In this document: positions 56,693 to 64,000 of the stretch, piece by piece
How positions within the stretch are numbered: position 1 is the stretch's first letter
Layout: each line of letters opens with the position of its first letter
Assembly (NCBI GenBank): GCA_045591685.1
Contig: JAZNTK010000032.1
Coordinates: 37,072 to 101,071 of the forward strand
From: Lachnospiraceae bacterium
Lineage (GTDB): Bacteria; Bacillota; Clostridia; Lachnospirales; Lachnospiraceae
Direction of reading: 5' to 3'
Length of the DNA stretch: 64,000 bases
Translations under genes and position numbers: made by a program
The notes under the pieces: model-generated
What the model was told of the DNA's origin: nothing
What the model saw: the letters and a program-made list of their open reading frames with translations, nothing else
Databases searched by the model: none

Positions 56693-57802
56693 CTAAATTT
56701 TACCCTGCATCTTATAAACCATAGCAAGAATATCCGCAACCGCCTTATAAAGTTCCGGCGGAATCACTGAGCCAAGCTCAACATTATAGTATAACATTCG
56801 GGCAAGAGGTTTGTTTTCCACAATCTCGACCTTATTTTCCTTGGCCACCTCTTTAATTTTAGCAGCCAAATGATCACTTCCCTTCGCTACTACGTAAGGT
56901 GCATCATAAAGATCCGCATCGTACTTAATCGCAACAGCAAAATGCGTAGGGTTTGTAATTACAACGTCTGCCTTTGGCAAATCCTGCATCATTCTTCGCT
57001 GAGATGCCTGTCGCATCCTCTGACGAATTTTTCCCTTAATGGCAGGATCACCTTCTGCCTGCTTATATTCATCCTTGACTTCCTGCTTGGTCATCTTCAT
57101 GTCTTCACTAAACTTCCACTTCTGATACAGAAGATCCGCAAAGGCAATAATAAGATATACCAAAGAAATCTTAATTCCAAGATTAATTACAACATCTCCC
57201 ATCAAAGCAATCGCCTGCTCAACGGGCATATCATATAAAAGGAATAAATCCCTCCACTCATTCTTTAATGTGGAATACGCAACCCATATAATTAACCCGA
57301 TTTTCAAAAGAGATTTGATGAGTTCCACCAAAGAATTCAAAGAAAAAATCTTTTTAAAACCACTGACAGGATTTATTTTACTCCATTTCGGTTGTAACGG
57401 CTTTGATGTCGGTGCCCATTTCACCTGGAATACTTCAACCACAATTCCTGCCACCAAAGCAACAGCCATAAAAGGCAACATCATCAACAATAACTTTATC
57501 AATGTTTCCCTGAAAAGAATGGAAAAATCAAATATAGATACCTGTCCGGCAACCATACTGGTAAAATCAGGTATTTTATTGTATATCAGGCTAAACATTT
57601 CCATAAACTGAGTGCCCAACATACCAAACCAAATTTTAAGCATTACAAACATCAGAAGAAGTCCGATACCAAGACCAATCTCCTTACTCTTGGCTACCTG
57701 ACCCTCTTTTCTGGCATCCTGCAATTTTTTAGGGGTGGCCTGCTCGGTCTTCTCACCGCCCGGACCTTCTTTGGCAAATAACTGCAAATCATAGGAAAGC
57801 AT
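56693..57802 (-). CDS. flhB: Flagellar export switch protein
   Basis: EKTEQATPKK, EGDP, autocleavage motif NPTH; start MLSYDLQLFA overlaps the fliR stop (TAATG). Confidence 0.97.
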   Translation of the reverse strand: MLSYDLQLFAKEGPGGEKTEQATPKKLQDARKEGQVAKSKEIGLGIGLLLMFVMLKIWFGMLGTQFMEMFSLIYNKIPDFTSMVAGQVSIFDFSILFRETLIKLLLMMLPFMAVALVAGIVVEVFQVKWAPTSKPLQPKWSKINPVSGFKKIFSLNSLVELIKSLLKIGLIIWVAYSTLKNEWRDLFLLYDMPVEQAIALMGDVVINLGIKISLVYLIIAFADLLYQKWKFSEDMKMTKQEVKDEYKQAEGDPAIKGKIRQRMRQASQRRMMQDLPKADVVITNPTHFAVAIKYDADLYDAPYVVAKGSDHLAAKIKEVAKENKVEIVENKPLARMLYYNVELGSVIPPELYKAVADILAMVYKMQGKI

Positions 57803-58584
57803 TACATCATTCCCTCCACAAATGCCACTACCATCCTCTTCATCTGCGTAAAAATAAGATTGGCCGCACTGGGCAACATACCTACCGTTACAAATAATAC
57901 CGTAAGGCCGGTCAATACTTTTAGCTGAATACCTACCGCAAACATGTTCATCTGCGGAGATACTTTTGCCAGTACGCCGAGAATTGCATTCAAAAGCATG
58001 ATGGTACAAAATACCGGAAGACAAATTCGCATTCCGATTATCATATAATCTCCCAAAAATTTAACAAAGGAAGATAATAAATTATCAAAATTCATTTGTG
58101 CCATTCCCACAGGAATTAAAATAAACGTCTCTGCCAAGGCACTTACAAAATACTGATACATACCGGTTATAAGCATCAAAAGCATTACAAGATTCTGATA
58201 ATAAATACCGGTTAATGTCGCATTCTGTTTTGTAATCGGATCGAACTGGCTGGCCATGGCAAAACCCATTTCCATATCAATAATCTGTCCTGCAAACAAA
58301 ACAATACTGGTACATAAATTAGCTCCCAAACCGATAATCAGTCCCGCCGCCGCTTCTTTCAAAATTACAGTGGCCATATCCCAAACCGTATCAAATACAG
58401 GATACACATGTGGTTCGGTCATATAATAAATCAGGATGGAAATAAAAAATCCCACACCTATTTTTACCCTGTTCGGAGTATTCTGCATAGAGAAAAAGGG
58501 AGCAATATAAATAAAACAAGTCACCCTTGTCATTATCAAAAGAAAATATTCCAGTTCTTCTATCGGAAAAGAAAAATCTATCAT
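57802..58584 (-). CDS. fliR: Flagellar export protein FliR
   Basis: FAGQIIDMEMGF, KVSPQMNMFAVG; synteny. Confidence 0.95.
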   Translation of the reverse strand: MIDFSFPIEELEYFLLIMTRVTCFIYIAPFFSMQNTPNRVKIGVGFFISILIYYMTEPHVYPVFDTVWDMATVILKEAAAGLIIGLGANLCTSIVLFAGQIIDMEMGFAMASQFDPITKQNATLTGIYYQNLVMLLMLITGMYQYFVSALAETFILIPVGMAQMNFDNLLSSFVKFLGDYMIIGMRICLPVFCTIMLLNAILGVLAKVSPQMNMFAVGIQLKVLTGLTVLFVTVGMLPSAANLIFTQMKRMVVAFVEGMM

Positions 58585-58588
58585 GGCA

Positions 58589-58858
58589 TTACCTTATATA
58601 CAAACTGAAATTTGACCATAAATCTTCCATAAAGGTAACAATCGTTTCAAGCATCCATCCGCCCAACAACATAAGACCTAAGAAAATACCGATAATCTTA
58701 GGAACAAATGTCATGGTCTGTTCCTGAATGGAGGTTACCGTCTGGAAAATACTGATTACAAGACCAATCACAAGAGAAATTAACAAAACCGGCGTAGACG
58801 TAATAATAATCGTATATAACGCATCTTTGGCAATGGTTACGACTTCCGCAGTTGTCAT
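58589..58858 (-). CDS. fliQ: Flagellar export protein FliQ
   Basis: FQTVTSIQEQTMTFVPKI. Confidence 0.97.
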   Translation of the reverse strand: MTTAEVVTIAKDALYTIIITSTPVLLISLVIGLVISIFQTVTSIQEQTMTFVPKIIGIFLGLMLLGGWMLETIVTFMEDLWSNFSLYIR

Positions 58859-58878
58859 ATTCTCTTCCTCCTTGTCTT

Positions 58879-59715
58879 TTAATAGAATGTTTTAACCAAA
58901 TTTACAATTACCAGATTCCATCCGTCTGCCAACACAAACAAAAGAATCTTAAACGGCATGGAAATCGTAGTGGGCGGCAACATCATCATACCCATACTCA
59001 TAAGTACCGATGCCACAACCATGTCAATTACAATAAACGGTATGTAAATCAGGAAACCGATAATAAATGCTGTTCTGAGTTCACTGATAATAAAGCTCGG
59101 AATCAATACCGATGTAGGAACATCATCGGGTGTACCGTCCCATTCATTTCCCGAAATTTCCATAAAAACACTTACGTCCTTACTTTGGGTTTGGGCATAC
59201 ATAAATTCTCTCAAAGGCTCCATCCCTATTTCCAAAGCCTCTTCCGTCGTAATCAAACCTTCATCCAACGGCTTGATTGCATTTTCATTAATGTCCGTAA
59301 AAATAGGCCCCATAATAAAAATAGTAAGAAAAATAGCAATACCAATCAAAACCTGATTAGGCGGTGAGGTCTGCGTACCAAGCGCTGCTCTTGTAAAATG
59401 CATGACAATAATAATTCTTGTAAAAGATGTCAGCATAATCAAGGCTGCCGGAAGGAATGAAAGCAAAGTAAGAATAATAAGAATTCTCAATGCTCCGCTT
59501 ATGGTTCCGTTGCTTCCGTCCATGGTAATCTCCAGCGAAGACTGCCTGTCAGGATCCGGCACTTCCGGGAACTCCGGTTCTTCAATTGTAACACCCGGCA
59601 AATCTGTATTTTCTACTGCATATACTGTTTCACTTGCAGAAATACACAATATGCCCACCATAAACAGCAGGCATATTACTTGTACGATTTGTCTTTTGAA
59701 TTTAATAATCTTCAT
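58879..59715 (-). CDS. fliP: Flagellar export protein FliP
   Basis: TSFTRIII, PPNQVL, MGMMMLPP, DGW. Confidence 0.97.
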   Translation of the reverse strand: MKIIKFKRQIVQVICLLFMVGILCISASETVYAVENTDLPGVTIEEPEFPEVPDPDRQSSLEITMDGSNGTISGALRILIILTLLSFLPAALIMLTSFTRIIIVMHFTRAALGTQTSPPNQVLIGIAIFLTIFIMGPIFTDINENAIKPLDEGLITTEEALEIGMEPLREFMYAQTQSKDVSVFMEISGNEWDGTPDDVPTSVLIPSFIISELRTAFIIGFLIYIPFIVIDMVVASVLMSMGMMMLPPTTISMPFKILLFVLADGWNLVIVNLVKTFY

Positions 59716-59726
59716 AGTCCAATCGC

Positions 59727-60104
59727 CTATTTCTTAAATTTCATATTTTTAGCATTCTCTAACAGTTGCTTAAAATCCATCTTAGGCATTCCGGTATCTT
59801 CCTGAATATGGATTTCCTCTTCTTTTAATTCCCCAAGCATGGTAATATCATCTTTTCCTATGGCAATGGCATAATAATGCTCACCAATCCGGACAATCTG
59901 AATATACTTGTTTTGGGTAATTTTGAAGGTTTCCAATACCTGAATATTGCCGGACATCATCTTCCCTTTTTGGTAAGACGCTACCCATCTTGTGGTAAAA
60001 TAAGTCAAAGCTAACACACCCACAAAAATAAGCAACACGGTAAGGAACTGTGCAAAACTGTTAATCCCGTTACTACTATCCAATGCTAATAACATTTTAT
60101 CCAA
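59727..60104 (-). CDS. fliO: Flagellar protein FliO/FliZ
   Basis: One TM segment plus a small beta-rich domain; between cheY and fliP. Start may be 60095. Confidence 0.85.
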   Translation of the reverse strand: MDKMLLALDSSNGINSFAQFLTVLLIFVGVLALTYFTTRWVASYQKGKMMSGNIQVLETFKITQNKYIQIVRIGEHYYAIAIGKDDITMLGELKEEEIHIQEDTGMPKMDFKQLLENAKNMKFKK

Positions 60105-60459
60105 CTACTTTCTTTACAGCCTCAATTACACGATCCGCCTGGAACGGTTTTACAATGAAATCCTTAGCTCCTGACTGAATAGACTCAATAACCATAGCCT
60201 GCTGACCCATAGCAGAACACATAATAACGTGTGCTCCTGCGTCTGCAGCTTTGATTTCTTTTAATGCCTGAATACCATCTTTTTCAGGCATTGTGATATC
60301 CATCAATACCAAATCAGGCTTTAATTCATTGTACTTTTCAACAGCCTTAGCACCATTTTCTGCTTCCCCTGCAACAGTGTAACCATTCTTTGTAAGAATG
60401 TCCTTAATCATCATACGCATGAAAGCCGCATCATCAACGATTAAAATATTTTTTCCCAT
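60097..60459 (-). CDS. cheY: Chemotaxis response regulator
   Basis: VDDAAFMR, MDITMP, CSAMGQ, KPF. Confidence 0.96.
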   Translation of the reverse strand: MGKNILIVDDAAFMRMMIKDILTKNGYTVAGEAENGAKAVEKYNELKPDLVLMDITMPEKDGIQALKEIKAADAGAHVIMCSAMGQQAMVIESIQSGAKDFIVKPFQADRVIEAVKKVVG

Positions 60460-60480
60460 AGTTTTTATCTCCCTATCAGA

Positions 60481-61710
60481 CTATTTAATAATTTCAGTAA
60501 CGCGAATACCGAAGTTTTCTTCAATTACTACTACTTCACCCTTTGCAACAAACTTACCGTTTACCAGTACATCAATCGGTTCGCCTGCAATCTTATCTAA
60601 TTCTATGATTGTTCCGGGTGCAAAATCCAGAATTTCCGCAATTGATTTCTTGGTACGACCAAGTTCAACGGTAACCTCCAGAGGAACATCCATAATCAAG
60701 CCCATATTTTCCTGTGATACAGGTTGTGTGGGCGGTGCCGAAAAGGTCTGGAACTGTGCAGGTTGCACATTGACCGGTGCCATCTGTGGCATCATGGGTT
60801 GCTGATACATCGGCATTCCCATTTGCGGCATCATAGGCTGTTGGTACATCGGCATTCCCATCTGCGGCATCTGCTGATATGCACTCATATCAGGCTGCGG
60901 CATAGGTTGCGGTTCCGGTACAGGCACAGGTGCCGGTTCCGGTGCGGGTACAGGTGTCGGTGTCGGTGCCGGAGCTTCTTCCTTTACCGGTTCCTCTGCC
61001 ATTCCACCCATCTGCTGATTGATAAAAGTTTCATATAATGACCTTGCAAACTCAATAGGATACAACTGTAAGATTGTACTGTCTACCAAGTCTCCAATCT
61101 GCATTCGGAAAGCAATTCTTACAAAAGTATCGGTCAGAAAACTTGCGATATCTTCTGCATTTTTAAAATCGTTGAGATTGATTAAGCTGGCCTGTGGCGG
61201 GCTGATATCAATCATTTTTCCAAGCATGGAGGAAAGGGATGTTGCGGATGAACCCATCATCTGATTCATCGCCTCCGAAATAGCACTCAAGTGCAATTCT
61301 CCCAATTCTCCTTCTGTATTGGTTCCGTCACCACCCATCATCAAATCGGTAATAATCTTAACATCCTGTTCTTTTAAGATTAAAATATTGGAACCGTCTA
61401 ACCCTTCTGTGTACTTAATCTGAATAAATACGCAGGGTTTTTCATAAACATCAATTAATGTATCCCAAGTTGCCAAGCTAACTACGGGGGTTGTAATATT
61501 TACTTTTCTGTTTACTAAGGAAAAGAGTGTAGTTGCGGAAGTACCCATACTAATATTGGCAACTTCACCAATGGCATCTTTTTCGATATCGCTCAGAATA
61601 CTTTGATCTACTTCGGTAGATTTGGCATCTGCATCAGAAGAACCGCTATCGGACAAATCCATTCCGTTCAATAATGCATTTATCTCGTCCTGAGACAAAA
61701 TTCCGTCCAC
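60481..61710 (-). CDS. fliY: Flagellar switch phosphatase FliY (CheC-like + FliN domain)
   Basis: LSQDEINALL, EVANI, EAMNQM, C-terminal GEVVVIEENFGIRV. Confidence 0.95.
   Translation of the reverse strand: MDGILSQDEINALLNGMDLSDSGSSDADAKSTEVDQSILSDIEKDAIGEVANISMGTSATTLFSLVNRKVNITTPVVSLATWDTLIDVYEKPCVFIQIKYTEGLDGSNILILKEQDVKIITDLMMGGDGTNTEGELGELHLSAISEAMNQMMGSSATSLSSMLGKMIDISPPQASLINLNDFKNAEDIASFLTDTFVRIAFRMQIGDLVDSTILQLYPIEFARSLYETFINQQMGGMAEEPVKEEAPAPTPTPVPAPEPAPVPVPEPQPMPQPDMSAYQQMPQMGMPMYQQPMMPQMGMPMYQQPMMPQMAPVNVQPAQFQTFSAPPTQPVSQENMGLIMDVPLEVTVELGRTKKSIAEILDFAPGTIIELDKIAGEPIDVLVNGKFVAKGEVVVIEENFGIRVTEIIK
60781..60879 (-). repeat. 39-bp tandem repeat in the FliY linker
   Basis: Two copies of QMGMPMYQQPMMP plus a partial copy, after a Pro-rich tract. 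Confidence 0.85.
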
Positions 61711-61713
61711 TGA

Positions 61714-62697
61714 TTATTCCTCCTCTCTTATTACCGAAGTCACTTTAAGAGCATATTTATCATTGCTCTCACCTGCAACCGCAGTAAATTTTTTAATATT
61801 TCCTACGTAGACTTCCAACGCACTGTCTACGGTAGTATCCAAACGGATAATATCGCCAACCTGTAAGCCTGCAAAATCGTTGACTGTTACCATACTGGTG
61901 CCAAGCAATGCTTTTACCGGTACGTCTACATGTTTCAACATGCTTTCCAGATATTCATCATATTTCTCATCAGAATCCCTCGTCATGGTTGAGAACCAGA
62001 ACTTGGTATTCAAATTATCAATAATATCTTCCAACGTAATGAAGGGAAGTGATACGTTCATAAAACCTTCCACATCGCCAATCTTAATATTCAATGTAAC
62101 AATGGCAATCATTTCGTTTGGTGCAATAATTTGCGCAAACTGTGGATTGGTTTCAATTCTTTCCAATACAGGATTTACTTCTACTACGTTTTTCCATGGT
62201 TCACGTAACAGCTGCATACAGATAACCACAATTTTTTCAAGAATGGATAATTCGATTTCCGAAAAATCTCTGGTCTTCTCCAATGCACTACCCTTGCCAC
62301 CCAACATTCGGTCAACAATGGCATAACCCAAATTCTCCGTCATCTCGATGATGATGTCACCGGGAAGCGGTCTGAAATTAATAACTGCCAAAATTACCGG
62401 ATTGGCCAAGGCGTTGGAAAATTCGGAAAAAGTAACGGTTTCCGAACTTGCCACATTTACCTGTACATTTTTTCTCAAATATACCGGAAGGTTTGTAGAT
62501 AATAATCTTCCGTAATGTTCAAATATAAGTTCCAGGGTTCGAAGATGTTCTTTGGAAAACTTAGCAGGACGTTTAAAGTCATAATTCTTGACCTGCACTT
62601 CCGCTGACTGATCTTTAATCTCGTCAACATCGATCTCACCGCTGTTCAATGCTTTTAGTAGGTTGTCAATTTCGCTCTGCGAGAGTACGTCAGCCAC
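61714..62697 (-). CDS. fliM: Flagellar motor switch protein FliM
   Basis: LSQSEIDNLL, YDFKRP, MLGG.G. Confidence 0.97.
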   Translation of the reverse strand: MADVLSQSEIDNLLKALNSGEIDVDEIKDQSAEVQVKNYDFKRPAKFSKEHLRTLELIFEHYGRLLSTNLPVYLRKNVQVNVASSETVTFSEFSNALANPVILAVINFRPLPGDIIIEMTENLGYAIVDRMLGGKGSALEKTRDFSEIELSILEKIVVICMQLLREPWKNVVEVNPVLERIETNPQFAQIIAPNEMIAIVTLNIKIGDVEGFMNVSLPFITLEDIIDNLNTKFWFSTMTRDSDEKYDEYLESMLKHVDVPVKALLGTSMVTVNDFAGLQVGDIIRLDTTVDSALEVYVGNIKKFTAVAGESNDKYALKVTSVIREEE

Positions 62698-62750
62698 AAG
62701 TCCACCTCCTGTCTTTCTTGGTTTTTACCGCCCTTCCCCGGGCCGGGGAC

Positions 62751-63269
62751 TTACTGGAACATAATATCGCTAAAGGAAACATCAAATATAAATTCTGACC
62801 CGCCGTATTTTGCCTGAACACGTTCCAAAATTTCTGCACTGATTTCATCCTGACTGGCTCTTGCCTCATCCATGGTGTATTCCTGGAATACTTCTCCGAT
62901 AATACTCTTCAAAATCAGTTCATTATCTCCGATGGTTGCACCGTATTTCTTATAATCCTTATGAGTGGAATCCATTGAGAAAAATACAGTCACGGAACAA
63001 AAATGTCTTGCACCGTCAGCACCGGGTTTTAACTCCACCATCATTTCTTCCGAAATGGAATATGTAACAATATTCTCGATGGGAACCTGATTTTCTTTCT
63101 CTTCACTTTCCGTTCCGCCAAGTTCAATGTCCAAAACCTGTGCAACCGAAGTTACGATTTCTGCTGTTTTCTGATTGGTACTTACCACGCTGAACATGGT
63201 AATCGCACTTAACGCAATGTTAATAAGTGTGCATCCCAGAATCAAAATGGATATAAAATTCTTCTTCAT
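62751..63269 (-). CDS. fliL: Flagellar basal body protein FliL
   Basis: N-terminal TM segment, C-terminal DVSFSDIMFQ; between motB and fliM. Confidence 0.88.
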   Translation of the reverse strand: MKKNFISILILGCTLINIALSAITMFSVVSTNQKTAEIVTSVAQVLDIELGGTESEEKENQVPIENIVTYSISEEMMVELKPGADGARHFCSVTVFFSMDSTHKDYKKYGATIGDNELILKSIIGEVFQEYTMDEARASQDEISAEILERVQAKYGGSEFIFDVSFSDIMFQ

Positions 63270-63289
63270 GAATAGCCTCCGGCTCCGCT

Positions 63290-64000
63290 CTAATAGGAGC
63301 TCAATGTATTATAAATCTTAATTTCTACTCTTCGATTTAATGCTCTCCCTTCCGGTGTGGAATTATCTGCTATAGGCATATACTCTCCTCTTCCGGAATA
63401 TTTCACTCTGGCAGGATCAATCGTAGTATTCTCCATCAAATAATGAAATACCGAAATTGCTCTTGCACTACTGAGTTCTTCATTGTTGGAATATTTAAAA
63501 CCATTCATCGGAACGTTGTCCGTATGTCCTTCTACTTCAATAATTCCTTCAGCATAACGATCCAGAATTTTGGCAATCTGTGCCATCACTGCCAGAGATT
63601 CTTCCTTAAGCTGAGCTTCTCCCGAATTATATAAAAGGGAACCGTTTAAAGTTAATTGCACATACTGCGAATTAAAAGTCACACCAATTTCATCATCCAA
63701 GCCGCTCTCAGTCAAAGCCTCTTCCACTTTTTCCGCAAGTGCTTCCGATTCTGCAAGTTTCTGTGCTTCTAATTCATCTAAAGCATCTGTTATGGTTTCA
63801 TCTGTATCAACAGGTCTTCCGACACTATGAAGATAATCATCCAATTCGTTTAATTGACTGACACCGTTACTGATTAACATCCCTTCTCCGATTGCCTGCC
63901 CGCCGTTCGAAAAAATACTGAACGTATCCGAAAAGGATGCCGCTACCAATTCAAACTTCTGCGCATCCACGGTAGACATTGAAAAAAGCAAAACGAAAAA
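63290..64000 (-). CDS. motB: Flagellar stator MotB (5' part outside the window)
   Basis: FVLLFSMSTVD, OmpA-like VEGHTD, ELSSARA, NRRVEI. Confidence 0.93.
   Translation of the reverse strand, partial: FFVLLFSMSTVDAQKFELVAASFSDTFSIFSNGGQAIGEGMLISNGVSQLNELDDYLHSVGRPVDTDETITDALDELEAQKLAESEALAEKVEEALTESGLDDEIGVTFNSQYVQLTLNGSLLYNSGEAQLKEESLAVMAQIAKILDRYAEGIIEVEGHTDNVPMNGFKYSNNEELSSARAISVFHYLMENTTIDPARVKYSGRGEYMPIADNSTPEGRALNRRVEIKIYNTLSSY

Noticed and set aside
57803-58024. 74-aa N-terminal extension of FlhB in the ORF track (similar over-extensions for nrdD, the ABC ATPase, the HAD gene and DUF342)
   Set aside because: These overlap the upstream gene or its promoter; internal starts with RBS or stop-start coupling fit the family N-termini.
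62735-62749. GC-rich hairpin between fliL and fliM
   Set aside because: Six-bp stem with no U tract on the coding strand; not supportable as a terminator.
4-63634. Numerous plus-strand ORFs in the track (e.g. 17060-17578, 30383-30946, 48346-48828, 54042-54557)
   Set aside because: They are antisense shadows of well-conserved minus-strand genes with no recognisable motifs.

Overview
A gene-dense, low-GC core chromosomal window from a motile, spore-forming clostridial bacterium; gene order and proteins look most like Lachnospiraceae (inference). Almost all genes are on the minus strand; the exceptions are prs and a ferritin-like gene. Read in the direction of transcription (right to left), it contains: the 3' part of a flagellar/chemotaxis cluster (motB through flhG and a PilZ brake gene, then cheB-cheA-cheW-cheC-cheD-fliA-DUF342 and accessory genes); the ylxM-ffh-rpsP-khpA-rimM-trmD-rplS-lepB-rbgA-lepB-rnhB-FliK-like-FlhB-like-yraN block, interrupted by two accessory envelope loci; tyrS; a CPBP-XRE-DUF3169 operon; prs; DUF512-der-plsY-gpsA; spoIVA with a sigmaE-type promoter; nucleoside salvage genes followed by a MutS-like ATPase, rnhA and a WYL regulator; NrdR-boxed nrdDG-dut; and a Gld-type ABC transporter running off the left edge. 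I found no tRNA, rRNA, CRISPR array, transposase or prophage gene. Most notable: (1) a yraN gene missed by the ORF track whose only plausible start is ATT; (2) a beta-lactamase-fold membrane protein with all three catalytic motifs degenerate, apparently co-transcribed with an ABC exporter/CPBP-protease fusion; (3) an opposite-strand tandem ferritin-like gene splitting the fla/che cluster next to a CheB with no receiver domain; (4) a ~140-200 nt rod-like palindromic element upstream of ylxM-ffh; (5) a PlsY with an acidic 11-mer-repeat tail; (6) a Prp-protease-type LQLFA motif at the FlhB N-terminus. All family calls rest on motif recognition by eye, not database searches.
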